Shown: positions 31,757 to 42,810 of the stretch, piece by piece
Layout: each line of letters opens with the position of its first letter
Numbering within the stretch: position 1 is the first letter of the stretch
NCBI GenBank assembly: GCA_963844035.1
Contig: CAWJMT010000003.1
Span: forward strand, 192,001-256,000
DNA length: 64,000 bases
Reading direction: 5' to 3'
Origin: an uncultured Gemmatimonadales bacterium
GTDB taxonomy: Bacteria; Gemmatimonadota; Gemmatimonadetes; Gemmatimonadales; GWC2-71-9
Position numbers and translations under genes: made by a program
Notes under the pieces: model-generated
Database searches by the model: none
The model's input: only the letters and a program-made list of their open reading frames with translations
What the model was told of the DNA's origin: nothing

Positions 31757-32497
31757 CCGTGACGCGGTCCTCGATCGCGCGCGGGCAGCCGGGGTCGGGA
31801 CATGTGGTGGTGATCGGGACGACGGCGGCCGACTCGGAACGGGCCGCCGCCCTGGCGAGCAGCCGTCCCGGCCTTTCGGCCACCGCTGGCGTGCATCCCC
31901 ACGAGGCGAAGGACTGGTCGACCGACACGGAGCGGCGGCTGCGCGCCCTGCTGGCCCGTCCCGGCGGTGGTCGCGGTCGGCGAGACGGGTCTCGACTATC
32001 ACTACGATCACTCGCCCCGCCCGGCGCAGCGCCTCGCCTTCGAAGCCCAGCTCGCGCTCGCGGCGGAGCTGGGGAAGCCGGTCGTGGTGCACGCGCGCGA
32101 GGCCGACGACGATGTCGCGGCGCTGCTGCGTGACACGCGGGCGACCGTCGTGCTGCACTCCTTCAGCTCCGGGCCCAAAGTGTTCGAGGCGGGATTGGCC
32201 GCCGGGGCCTACTTTTCCTTCAGCGGCATGATCACGTTCAAAAGTTGGAGTGCCCGGGAGGTGCTGACCGCCTGCCCGCCCGACCGCCTCCTGGTGGAGA
32301 CCGACGCGCCGTACCTCGCGCCCGTGCCGCACCGTGGCCAGCGCAACGAGCCGGCGTTCGTGCGCGACGTGGCGCTCGCGCTGGCCAACGCGCGCGGGGT
32401 CGTGCTGGAGGAGATCGTGCGGCAAACCACGGAGAATGCGCAGCGGGTGTTCGGGGCGCGCGTGGCCGCGGTGCTCCCCGGGCAAGCGCCGACGTGA
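31707..32497 (+). CDS. TatD family deoxyribonuclease (two indels)
   Basis: DAHCH, GVHPH, GETGLDY, VVHAREA, VLHSF, VETDAPYLAP. Confidence 0.92.
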
Positions 32498-32537
32498 TCA
32501 TGGCGAACACGCACTATCCTATCGAGGGATTGTCCTA

Positions 32538-32930
32538 ATGAAACCGAACGAATTGCGCCTGGTGGCGGCTGAGGGGGCTCCCAAAGCCATCGGTCCTTAC
32601 AGCCAAGCGGTGATTGTGGACGGCACGATCTACCTGGCGGGCCAGATCGCGCTCGACCCCACGACCAACGAAGTGGTCGGGAAGACCACCGCGGAGCAGA
32701 CGGACCGCGTGCTCAAGAATCTCGCCGCGGTGCTGACGGCCGCGGGCTCGGGGTTCAACCGGGTCGTCAAGACCACCGTGTACCTGATCGACATGGCGGA
32801 TTTCCCCGCCATGAACGAGGTGTACGCGCGCCACTTCGTGGGTCATAAGCCGGCCCGCGCGACCATTCAAGCGGCGGCGCTGCCGAAAGGCGTGCGGATC
32901 GAAATCGACGCGATCGCGCGCGCCGGGTAG
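32538..32930 (+). CDS. RidA/YjgF family reactive-intermediate deaminase
   Basis: APKAIGPYSQA, GQI, MNEVY, PAR, LPKGVRIEID. Confidence 0.93.
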   Translation: MKPNELRLVAAEGAPKAIGPYSQAVIVDGTIYLAGQIALDPTTNEVVGKTTAEQTDRVLKNLAAVLTAAGSGFNRVVKTTVYLIDMADFPAMNEVYARHFVGHKPARATIQAAALPKGVRIEIDAIARAG

Positions 32931-32942
32931 GGCGACTTTCGG

Positions 32943-33036
32943 GGGGGCGGCTCTGTCCTGGTGGACGGACTAGTCTTCAAAACTAGCTGGGGTCCTAACG
33001 GACCTCGGTAGGTTCGATTCCTACACGCTCCCGCCA
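32943..33036 (+). tRNA. selC: tRNA-Sec (anticodon UCA)
   Basis: 6-bp D stem with 4-nt loop, CTAGT-CT-TCA-AA-ACTAG anticodon arm, long variable arm, 5-bp T stem, 8-position acceptor stem, G73 and encoded CCA. Confidence 0.93.
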
Positions 33037-33047
33037 GGCCCGCGTCG

Positions 33048-33409
33048 CTACACCCCGCACCGCGCAAACTCGGGCGGATGCGGCGCCCCATAGGGCACGT
33101 CCACGCCGAGCAGATCGTGCAGCATCTCGTGCTGTACCGTTGCCTTGAGGTTGACGCGGAGTACGAAGGGGACAACGTAGATCGCGTGGCGCGCCTGCCA
33201 CCGTCCCAGGACCCGCGGTCCGAGGTCCGGTGAGACTTTCCACTGCACCGCATCGAATGCGCCCGCCCGATGCGCACACGCTTCCATCGTCGACCCACCA
33301 GCCGCGCCACTCCGCCGGGGGAACGAACCGCTCTCCCGGGAATGACCGCCTCTGTGGGTAGGTAGCATCCGTACAGCAGCAGAATCAGTAAGACGCGCGC
33401 GACGGTCAC
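33048..33409 (-). CDS. Small lipoprotein with HExxH zincin-like motif (two indels)
   Basis: LLLYGC lipobox; reconstructed ...RFVPPAEWRGWWSTMEAC...QHEMLHDLL...HPPEF. Confidence 0.6.
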
Positions 33410-34262
33410 ATGAGGGGTTCCTTACGTCTAGACGCTGGCGCTCCCAGTCGCGGTTGCTCAACTCCCAATCGCTTCCTTCAACGCAGAGCGCGGCGGCGTA
33501 GCCCGGAGCGACGTTCAGCTCGCGCAGACACCAATCGCCCGGGTGCGTCTTGAGCGGCGCCACCAGCTTGGGAGCGCCGCCCTCGAACCCAATCTCGAAG
33601 CTGTTGAGCGGCTGCGTAAGGCCGAGGCCGAGCGCCTTCAGGTACGCCTCCTTGAGCGTCCACAGGCGGGTGAAGATGTGTGGTCGCTCGGCGGGCGAAT
33701 GGGCCAGAATGATGCTCCGCTCGCCGGGTGCGAAGAACTTCTCGGCAATCGCGGGATGCGCCGTGCGGGAGTCGATCTCTTCCAAGTCCACCCCGAGCGC
33801 ACGACCCGCCGAAAAGGCGAACAGGGCGCGCTCACCCGAGTGCGCCAGGTTGAATCGCAGTGCCCGTCCCCCGCGACGCCCGTTCGGCCGGACCAAGTCG
33901 GGCTTGCCGTGCGGTCCGGCGACGAACCGCAGCTCGGTCGGCGACACGGCGAGATAGGTCGCCAGCAGGACGCGCAGCACGCCGTGCGCGGCGGCAAACC
34001 GCTCTCGGTCGCGCTCACTGCGGTACTGCTCGGCCTGTGCGCGTTCCTCCTTGTTGAGCAGCGCCCATAGATCGCGGCGCGCGTGGTCGGACAGTGCCAG
34101 GGAGCCCTGCCACACGTGCACCTGCCGATGCCCCAGGGCCACGGGGCGAGTCGACGGGCGCTCGCTGCCCGTCGTCGCCTGACCGATTGCCAGATTCGAT
34201 CGCAAGCTGCTGACTCCGTGTCGTGAGTACGCCAGGAACGGAAGCAAGTTGGACGCCGCCAA
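33410..34262 (-). CDS. Sfp-type 4'-phosphopantetheinyl transferase (ends uncertain)
   Basis: HGKP, FNLAHSG, LGVDLE, WTLKEAYLKALG. Confidence 0.9.
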
Positions 34263-34419
34263 GGAGCCGGGGGTGGGCCCGATATTGCGTGCCGATAAGC
34301 CTTTGAACCACAGGGACCTATGGACTAGGCACTAGACGCGGCGAAGGTGCACTGCCGGGTGATTGGTGTTGCGGGGCCGCTACAAGGAACGGTGCTGCGA
34401 CGTACGTTAGACGGGTGCT

Positions 34420-34746
34420 ATGGCTCGCCTGATCCGTCTCCTCTTCGGACTTGCCCTCGTGGCCGCGGTCCTCGCCGCGGCCTCATGGTCGGTTGCGCTC
34501 CACCGGGTGAACGTCCTGCTCGGCGACCCGCCGCCCCAGCTTGGGAAGCACGAGACGACGTTTCTGTGGGATGGCATGCCGCAGCTCCAGGGCCAGCCCC
34601 GCGCGTGGCGCTTCGCGTTTGGGCCGACCGCGATCCAAGGGGCGCCCTACGTCCGCATCTACGTCTCGCCCCTCGGGAAGGTCGTGCTGACGGAGCCCTC
34701 CGATCTCGCCGCTCGCGTCAAGGTGTTTCACAGCACCGGCTACTAA
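34420..34746 (+). CDS. Hypothetical membrane-anchored protein
   Basis: N-terminal TM helix; GC3-rich codon usage. Confidence 0.7.
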   Translation: MARLIRLLFGLALVAAVLAAASWSVALHRVNVLLGDPPPQLGKHETTFLWDGMPQLQGQPRAWRFAFGPTAIQGAPYVRIYVSPLGKVVLTEPSDLAARVKVFHSTGY

Positions 34747-36959
34747 GACCCTCGCAGCGCCGCTACTTCCCGCCTAGCTCCGTCACAATGCGAGTTGCCC
34801 CGTACGGGGTGCGCAGCGCCGCGAGAATCCCGCGCACATCCACGGACATGGACCGCGCCCGCTTCGTCGGTATACATGAATTCACCGGGCAGGGACTCGA
34901 CGTTGCCGTCGAAAATCAGGCCGACCACTTCGAGCTTGCGGTTCAAGAGCGGCGAGCCCGAGTTGCCGCCGATAATGTCGTTGGTCGAGACGAGGTTGAG
35001 GGGCGTACCCAGGTCGAGGCCTGCGGGCGGCCGCCGCCAGCGCGTCGGCAAATTCCAGGGCGACCTTCCACCCACCGCCGCGGCGCGCTCGTACACACCG
35101 TAGAAGGTGGTGAAGGGTGGTGCCCAGGTCCCGTTGTAGGGGTAGCCGGCGACACGGCCGTCGGCGAGGCGCAGCGTGAACGTCGCGTCCGGAGGTAGCG
35201 TGCGACCGTACACATCGAACCGCGCGCGCCCCAGCCGGGCCGCCAGGTTGTCGGCGCGCGCCGACAGCCCGCGGGCACGGTCCCGCAGCGGCGCGGTCAC
35301 CGGCGTCACGCGCCGCACGTAGGCGATCGCGGCATCGTTCGAGGTCGCCACGTTCTCTCCCAGCACAGCGGCGACCTGCGCCGAGTCGGCGAGCCGCGTG
35401 TGGGCCAGCAGATCCGCGGCCGCGGCCTCGGGGGTGCGGCCCGCGAGAATCCGCGACGACGAGGGTATCCCGCGCGCCGAGTCCCCGGATGAGATCGCCG
35501 ATCTGCGCCGCCACGAGCTGCCGCTCGAGTGCGGGCGGTTTGTCGCCGATCAGCGACAGGGCGTGCCGCAGCTGCGCGAGCTGCGGCCTCCGGGGCGCCA
35601 CCGGCTTGCGCGTTGGCGTAGCGAATCGCGAGCGTCGCCCGGCCCAGCGTCGCCGAGCCGATCTCGGGGCTCGAGAGGAAGCCGTACACCCGCGGGCCGA
35701 TCGCGGTCAGGTCACGCGAGACCGACGGCAATGGAGTCGATGAGGGTCGCCTGGGCGGCGAGCTGCCGGCCGCTGCTGCAGCTGGGCGCGGAACGCGGCC
35801 TCGCCCGCGGCGCGCCGCCCGAACAGCACCGGGTCGCGCAGCCCGGCGAGCTGTCCTTCTTCGGCCTTGAGCGAATTGGCGTACGAGAAGATCTGCGTCC
35901 GGATGCGGCGCGACGCCGCCACGGCCGGCTGCTCCCGCTCGAACGCTTCGAGCGCGGCGATCCGGCTCTTGTAGATCCCCACGATCGTCGGGATCCGCAC
36001 GTCGCGGGCGTACGCGAGCTGCGCCACCGTCTCGAGCCGGCTGGTCGAGCCGGGATTGCCCACGACGAATACGGGGTCGCCATCGGCCGCGCCGGCCTTG
36101 CTCATCGGGAAGTAGTCCGGCGTCGCGAGCGGGCGGCCGGAGGCGTCGTACACGCGATAGATCGAGAAATCCAGGTTGTAGCGGGGGTAGGTGAAGTTGT
36201 CGTCGTCGCCGCCGAAGTAGCCCATCCCCAGCTCGGGCACCATCACCAGCCGGACGTCGTCGTAGCGCTGATAGGTGTAGGCGGAGTATTCGGCGCCCTG
36301 ATAGAGCGTCACCACCTGGACGCGGATCGTCGAGTCGTTCGCCGCCGCGCCGAGCCGCTCCTCGAGCCCCTCGATCGCCTGTTCACGCGCCTGCGCGATG
36401 GCCTGGTCGCCGGTCACGCCCTTGAGCGCGCTCTCGATCTCGGCCGTTACGTCCGGCGATCGAGAGCAGCCGCTCGACGAACAGGTCCGGCACCTTCCGC
36501 TCGTCCTTCTCGGTGGCGGCGTAGAACCCGGTCGAGTCGAAGTTCTCCCCGGGCGCAGCACGCCGCCGGTGTTTTGCCGCGAGCAGTGGTGGTTGGTCAG
36601 GACCAGGCCGCGCGACGAAACGAACGATGCCGAGCAGTAGGTCCCGAAGCGCAGGGCGCCCAGCCGCGCGCGGGCGAGCCACGCGGAGTCGGGCCGGAAC
36701 CCGTAGGCCTCCTGGAAGTAGTCGAGCGGCGGATGATCGAAGGTCCACATCTTCCCCCCGTCGAACCGTCCGGGCCGGAGCGCGGCCGAGTCGAACACGG
36801 GCGCGGACGCGGGCGCGGCTGCCGGCGCGCCGCCGGAGCGGCCGGCGCGGGCGCTGCGGCACGCGGCTGCGGGGCGGGGGTCGCGACCTGGGCCGGACGC
36901 GAGCAGGCCCCGAGGGCGAGAAGCAGGAGCGAACCGATCGACAGCGACGCACGACGCAT
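34743..36959 (-). CDS. S46 family peptidase (DPP7/DPP11-like), lipoprotein, multiple indels
   Basis: LALGAC lipobox, GKMWTFD, SASFVS, LTNHHC, FGGDDDNF, PDATFTLRL, DIIGGNSGSP. Confidence 0.9.
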
Positions 36960-37081
36960 ATTGACCCTTGTGGGCGGAGGGCTGAAGCTAACTTTAGAAC
37001 CGCGGCTGCGAAACCGCCGGACGGCCGCCCGCGTATGGCGGGCAGCAGCGGCGGCGACTTACAACGCAGGGGGGTGCGCTC

Positions 37082-38134
37082 ATGGACCTGAAGGCGTTCT
37101 GGCTCGGCTGGCGGAAGGACATCGCCCGGTTTGTCGCCCTGTGTCTGGCAGCGCTCGCGGTCGGTCTGATCATCAACCGCGCCAAGGCGCGAGCCGGCGA
37201 ACATCTCACCCACATGCTCCCAACCGGGAGCCTCGATGGTCTCGACGCCGATCTGGATTTCGATGCGCCCTCCGGCCCGCGCCACAGCGACGAACCTGGA
37301 CCTATCGCGCGCGCCTTCGAGCCCAGGGCAGGCGGTGTGGGTGCGGGATCTACGCGGGTCGATCGCCGTGGAGGCGGAACGGGGCGAGTCCCTCGAAGTC
37401 GTGGCGGTCAAGGAATTTTCCGACTCCGATCCTGCGAGCGTCCGTATCGTCGCGGTGCCCACACAGGACGGCGTCGCGATCTGCGCGTTGTGGGGCGACG
37501 CGTGCCGGCCGTTGCGGCCGCCGAGGATGAATACAAGGCGGGCATGCACACGATAACGACGTTGGGGTTGAGTTCACCGTGAAGCTCCCGCGCGGCGTGG
37601 CGATCCACGCCACCACCGTCACCGGCGACGTCACGATTGTCGGGAGCGACCGCTCCGGTGGTCGCGGGAACCGTGGATGGCGACGTCGATGCCGAAACCG
37701 CTGGTGGGCCCGTGCGCGCCTTGAGTGTCAACGGGGACGTACGGGCGGCCGTACACGGGTTCGCCGACACCGGCGCGGTGAAAGTGACGACGGTGAACGG
37801 CTCCGTGGCGCTCGAGCTTCCCGCCGATGTCGATGCGACGGTGAGCGCCCAAACGGTCAACGGTGATATCACAAGTGATTTCCCCTTGACCGCACGCAAA
37901 AAATTCTTGCACCACGCCAACGGTGTGATCGGCGCCGGCGGGCGCCGTGTTGAACTGAACGCCGTTAACGGGTCCGTCCACCTGACTCGGGGCACTTCCC
38001 GCACCGCGGCCCGACCCCCGCGCCCACCCTCACCCCCTCACCCCCTCACCCCCCTCACCCCCGAGCCCTCCGTCTCGTTCGCCCTGACGCTGATGGGCGC
38101 AGCGTGCCCAGAATCCCTATACTGTAGGCTCTGA
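37082..38134 (+). CDS. DUF4097-type beta-strand repeat (adhesin-like) protein, frameshifted; 3' end uncertain
   Basis: N-terminal TM; repeated TVxGDV, SVNGDV and TVNGS units. Confidence 0.72.
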
Positions 38135-39025
38135 TCCACGCGCACGTCATTGTAAATCCCGCGGCCGGCAACGGCGCCGGCCGCAAGGTCGCAGACCGGG
38201 TGGTTCGTGCCTTCCGGGCGCAGGGCTGGTCGGTGGAGCTCGAGCGCACCGACAGTCCGGGACACGGCGCCGTGCTCGCCGCTCAGGCAGTGCAGCGCGG
38301 CGCCCAGCACATCGTGGCGGTTGGCGGCGACGGCACCGTGCACGATGTGGCGAACGGGATGTTGCGACACGCCACGACGGCCGTACTGGGAGTCGTTCCG
38401 GTGGGTACCGGAAACGACTTCGCGAAGCTGGTCGGCGTGTACCGCCACGACCCGGTCCGAGCGGTCGCCCGGCTGGTGGGCGCGCGGGCCCAGCGGTTCG
38501 ACGTGGGGCAGGTGGGCGACGAGTACTTCGTCAACAGCATGGGTGTCGGCTTCGGGCCCGAAGTGCTGCGCGTCCGCGCCGCGGGCCCCGCCCGCTCCGG
38601 GTGGCTGGTCGTACGTGACTCCGGTGCCGAAGGCGTTCCTCGGATTCCGGGCGCCGGAGTTCGAAGTGACCGCCGCGGAACACGGCGAGCGGGGACGGAT
38701 AATGATGGTGGAGGTGTGTAACGGCACCACCGCGGGCGGCGCGTATCGGTTCGCGCCGGCGGCAGATCCCGCGGACGGCTACCTCGATGTGTGCATCGTG
38801 CGGCGCGTCTCGTTACCGCGGTTCCTCATGGCGATTCCGCGGGTCATGCGTGGTACCCAGGCCGGTATGAAGGAGATCAAGATGTTTCGGACTCGTGAAG
38901 TGACGCTGCGCGCGGCCGAGGCACCCCTCCTCCTGCATCTGGATGGCGAGCTGCGTGCTCCCGGGGTGCAGCAGTGCACGGTGAGCGTTGCCGCGGGCCG
39001 GCTGAACGTTCTGGTGGCTTCATGA
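38131..39025 (+). CDS. Diacylglycerol kinase family lipid kinase (frameshift near 38600)
   Basis: IVNPAAG, GGDGTVHD, PVGTGNDFA, DPADGYLD, LDGE. Confidence 0.9.
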
Positions 39026-39507
39026 AGGCGGGAAGGCGGGAGGGCGGGAGGGCGGGTACGTCCGCTGGGGCGCTGGCTTTGTTGCTGATTGGCTTCCCGC
39101 CGTCCCGCCTTCCCGCCCAGAAGCCCGCACCGGTCGCCGCCACCGCACCAGTCGCCGCCAAGCGCGTCAACCCCGTGGGCGCATGTATCCGATCGCTCTT
39201 GATCCCGGGATGGGGTCAGGCCCAGACCGGGCGCAACGTCGAAGGCGCGCTGTTCGTGGTGGTCGAGGGCGTCGCGGCCATGATGACGGTGCGGGCGGTG
39301 CAGGAGAAGAAGTACCTGGAAGCCACCGGCTCACAGTCGCTCGACGACAAGAACCAGCAGATCCAGGACTGGGCGGTGCTGTGGGGCTTCAATCATTTGT
39401 TCGCGGCCGCCGAGGCGTACGTCGCGGCCCACCTGATGGACTTCCCGAAGGAGCTGAAGATCCGCGCGATCCCCCGCGGTATCGGGGTCAGTCTCCCCCT
39501 GCCGTGA
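39022..39507 (+). CDS. Hypothetical exported/membrane protein (DUF5683-like)
   Basis: SLLIPGWGQ and EAYVAAHL motifs; signal peptide. Confidence 0.7.
   Translation: MKAGRREGGRAGTSAGALALLLIGFPPSRLPAQKPAPVAATAPVAAKRVNPVGACIRSLLIPGWGQAQTGRNVEGALFVVVEGVAAMMTVRAVQEKKYLEATGSQSLDDKNQQIQDWAVLWGFNHLFAAAEAYVAAHLMDFPKELKIRAIPRGIGVSLPLP
39027..39117. repeat. Inverted octamer tandem repeat inside the signal-peptide coding region
   Basis: (GGCGGGAR) x3.75 at 39027-39056 and (KTCCCGCC) x3 at 39094-39117. Confidence 0.8.
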
Positions 39508-40243
39508 CCCCGTGGGGCTCGAATTGTCGTAGCTCGACCATGTCGCCCGTCACCACCGCGTAGCGGTACCCGTCCAGCCAGGCACCGGGATTGAAGTACG
39601 CCCGCCCGTCGGGCAACCGCTCGAGCGCGCACCGGTGCGTGTGCGCCAGGATCACGAGCTCCAGATCGGCGCGCCGCGCGAGCAGGTCTCGGGCGAACTG
39701 CGCCTGCGCCTGCGCCGCGCGGTCGAGCACCCCCGCGTCGCGCGTGTGATTGCCCAGCCGCCGCGACAGCGTGTCGGCGAGCGGAAACCCCAGATCGGGG
39801 TGCAGCGCCCGGAACAGTGCGATCGTGGCCGGGTGCCGCGTGAGACGGTGCATCAGCTTCGCCGCCCAGTGCTGCTCGGTCAGCCCGTCGCCGTGCGCCA
39901 CGAACGCACGGCGCCCGGCGATCTCCAGGTCCGCCTGCCCGGCGTAAAACGCGATCCCCAGGTCCCGCGTGAAAAACGTGCCACCCCACCGGTCATGGTT
40001 GCCGCCCACGAAGGTGATCGGGATGCCACTGCGCCGCAGCTCGTGCAGGCGGGCGATGGTTTCGAAATGCCGCCGCGGGATGGCGGCGCCGTATTCGAAC
40101 CAGAAGTCGAACAGGTCTCCGTTGATGAGCAGCGCGTCGCCGAGATCGGGCACGGCGGCCAGAAACGCGTGAAACGTTCCCGCCGCGGGCGAATCGACCT
40201 GGCCCAGGTGGGCATCGGCAACAACGACGACGCGGGAAGGCAT
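39488..40243 (-). CDS. lpxH: UDP-2,3-diacylglucosamine diphosphatase (LpxH-like metallophosphoesterase)
   Basis: ADAHLG, GDLFDFWFEY, GNHD, AHGDG, AHTH, NPGAW. Confidence 0.82.
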   Translation of the reverse strand: MPSRVVVVADAHLGQVDSPAAGTFHAFLAAVPDLGDALLINGDLFDFWFEYGAAIPRRHFETIARLHELRRSGIPITFVGGNHDRWGGTFFTRDLGIAFYAGQADLEIAGRRAFVAHGDGLTEQHWAAKLMHRLTRHPATIALFRALHPDLGFPLADTLSRRLGNHTRDAGVLDRAAQAQAQFARDLLARRADLELVILAHTHRCALERLPDGRAYFNPGAWLDGYRYAVVTGDMVELRQFEPHGVTAGGD

Positions 40244-40331
40244 TACGGCCCAAGCTAGGAATCACGACACAGGGCCGCAAGCGCCTGTCGCATTTGACTT
40301 TTCACAATTCCGCGTCGAAGTTGCCCGAGCC

Positions 40332-40748
40332 GTGATCAGCTCGACCACCGTGCGCGTGAACTACTCCGAAACCGACCAGATGGGTGTGGTCTATCACGCC
40401 AACTACCTCATCTGGTTCGATCGCGCCCGCACCGAGTTGATGCGCGATACCGGACTGACCTACCGCGCGTTGGAGCAGCAGGGCGTGTACCTCGCCGTGT
40501 CGCAGGTCAAGGTCCGCTATCGCGCCCCGGCGCGCTACGACGATCTGCTGCGCATCCGGTGCTGGGTGCGCGAGCTGCTCTCACGCCAGGTGACATTCGG
40601 GTACGCGGTGGAGCACACGGAAACCAATGCGTTGCTCGCCACCGCCGAGACGGCGCTCATCGCACTCACGCACCAGCACACTCTCGCGCGGATACCCCAG
40701 CATGTTCGCGATCTCCTCACGCCGATTCCGGATCCCGTGCGTCTGTAG
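40332..40748 (+). CDS. YbgC/FadM family acyl-CoA thioesterase
   Basis: ETDQMGVVYHANYLIWFDRAR, PARYDD. Confidence 0.9.
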   Translation: MISSTTVRVNYSETDQMGVVYHANYLIWFDRARTELMRDTGLTYRALEQQGVYLAVSQVKVRYRAPARYDDLLRIRCWVRELLSRQVTFGYAVEHTETNALLATAETALIALTHQHTLARIPQHVRDLLTPIPDPVRL

Positions 40749-42764
40749 CGGCGCGCTGCTCGCGGCCGGCCTGGTGTTGGGCCGGTCGCTGGCCGCGCAG
40801 CTGCCGGACGAAACGCTTGTCGGCGAGTTGGCGCGCCTGCTCGCCGCCACCGATGCACGGGTGTTGGATGCGTCGCTGCTCGAGACCGCACTGCGCAGCG
40901 CGGACCGCGGCGTGCGCCGCCAGGCGGCGCTGGCCGCCGGACGCATCGGCGACCCGGCGGCGGTGGCGCTGCTGCTTCCCGCGCTCGCCGACTCCGACGC
41001 GACGGTGCGGGCGAATGCGGCGTTCGCCCTTGGCCTGCTCAAGAGCAGCAGCGCGGTGTCCGCCCTGGTCGAGCTGGTGCGCGCCGTTCCGTCGGGCGAG
41101 CAGGACGCGCCCCAGGTGGAAGCAGCAATGGCACTGACCCGGATCGGCGGGGCAGAGGCGGGTCGCGCGCTGCACGACATCCTTGGCAACGGCACGACGC
41201 CGGGCGTCGCCACGCCACGCGCGGTGAGCGCGGCGCTGGTCGCGGTATGGCGGCTCGAGGACCGGGGCTTCGTGGGCTCGATCACCGGGTATGCCGAAGA
41301 TCCCGATCCCGTCGTACGCTGGCATGCCCTGTACACGTTGGGTCGCCTCGGCGCCCCCAAGGGAGCCGCGACGCTGGTTGGCGGGCTGCGGGACCCGGAT
41401 CCGCGCGTGCGCGCCGTTGCGGCGCGCGGGCTGACGCGCGCGCTGCTCGACAGCGCCCGTATTCAGTGGAAGAGCGTGGCGGACGCGCTCCAACCGCTGC
41501 TCACCGACACGGCGAGCGCGGTGCGCGTCAACGCGCTGCGTGCCCTGGCCGCTGTGGGCGACAGCAGTGTGGCGGCGAGCGTGACCTCACACGTCGCCGA
41601 CCTCGATATCAACGTCGCCGTGCAGGCCGAAACGACGTTGGGCGTGCTGGGTGGTAGCAGCGGCCGTCGCGGCCCTCGCGGCACGAGCGCAGAGCCCCGT
41701 CTTTGCCTTGCGGCGGCAGGCCATCATCGCCCTGGCACAGGCTGACCGCGCGGCGGGCGTGGCCGCTGCCGCGGGCGTCGCGGCCGATGCCGATTGGCGC
41801 TGGCGCTCGGTTGCCGCCGAGGCGTTCGGTGCGGCGCGCGAGCGCGACCGGCTGGAAGGCCAGCTCGCCGATCCCGACGGACGAGTCGTGGCGCAGGCAC
41901 TGCAAGCGTTGGGGCGCGTCGTTCCTGTACCCGATACCGCGCTGGCGCGCCGCGCCCGGGCGCTGCTCGAGCACGCCGATCCCGCGGTGCGCAGTGTCGC
42001 CGCTGACCTGCTCGCGAGCCAGCCCGTGATCGCTGATGTCGACGTGCTGATCGCCGCGTACGGCCGCGCGACGGGCGACCCGTTCAACGACGCTCGTCTC
42101 TCGGCGGTGGCTGCCCTCGGAGCGATCGCGCGCACCAGCGCCGAGGCAAGGCTGCGAGGTCGCCACCCGTTTCGTGGGCGTGGTGCCCCGGCCCGACGAC
42201 TTCCTGGTCCGCCGGCTCGCCACCGAGCGTCTGCCCGATGCCGCGGCGCAGTGGGGCCCCGCCGCCCCGATCGCCACCGGCCGCACCGACGCCGACTATC
42301 GCGACGTCGCGCGCCGCTACCTGGCCCCGGCCCTCGCCGGGCAGCCACTGCCGCGGGCGACGATCGAGACTGATCGGGGGACCCTGGTCGTCGAGCTGCT
42401 GTCCGACCAGGCTCCATTGACCGTTGCCGCATTCTTATCCCTTGTCGACCGGCGCTACTTTGACGGATCGCGCTGGCATCGTGCCGTCCCGAACTTTGTG
42501 ATTCAAGACGGGGATCCCCGCGGCGACGGATGGGGTGGTCCCGGGTTCGTGCTCCGCGACGAGGTGAATCCCACGCCCTATCAGACCGGCACTGTCGGGA
42601 TCGCACTCTCCGGGCCCGACACCGGCGGCAGTCAGTTCTTTATTACGCATTCTCCGCAGCCCCGCCTCGACGGCATCTACACGGTGTTCGGACGCGTGGT
42701 CACCGGGTTGCCGGTGCTCGCCGGGATCGCGCAAGGCGACCGGATCCGCAGTATTCATCGGTGA
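40737..42764 (+). CDS. Exported HEAT-repeat protein with C-terminal cyclophilin-type PPIase (indels; start approximate)
   Basis: HEAT repeats (VRANAAFALG), then FDGSRWHRAVPNFVIQDGDP, DTGGSQFFI, YTVFGRV. Confidence 0.85.
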
Positions 42765-42810
42765 CATTCACCTTCTCCTTCGGGTTTAACTATTGAATCG
42801 CCAACGGCTT

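Noticed and set aside
33048..34262. PPTase-HExxH fusion protein
   Set aside because: The linker is junk-like, and a lipoprotein N-terminus in another frame explains the C-terminal part better.
38024..38062. CACCCCCT tandem repeat as a regulatory or G-quadruplex element
   Set aside because: Adequately explained as a Pro-rich coding tail; homopolymer lengths are unreliable in this assembly.
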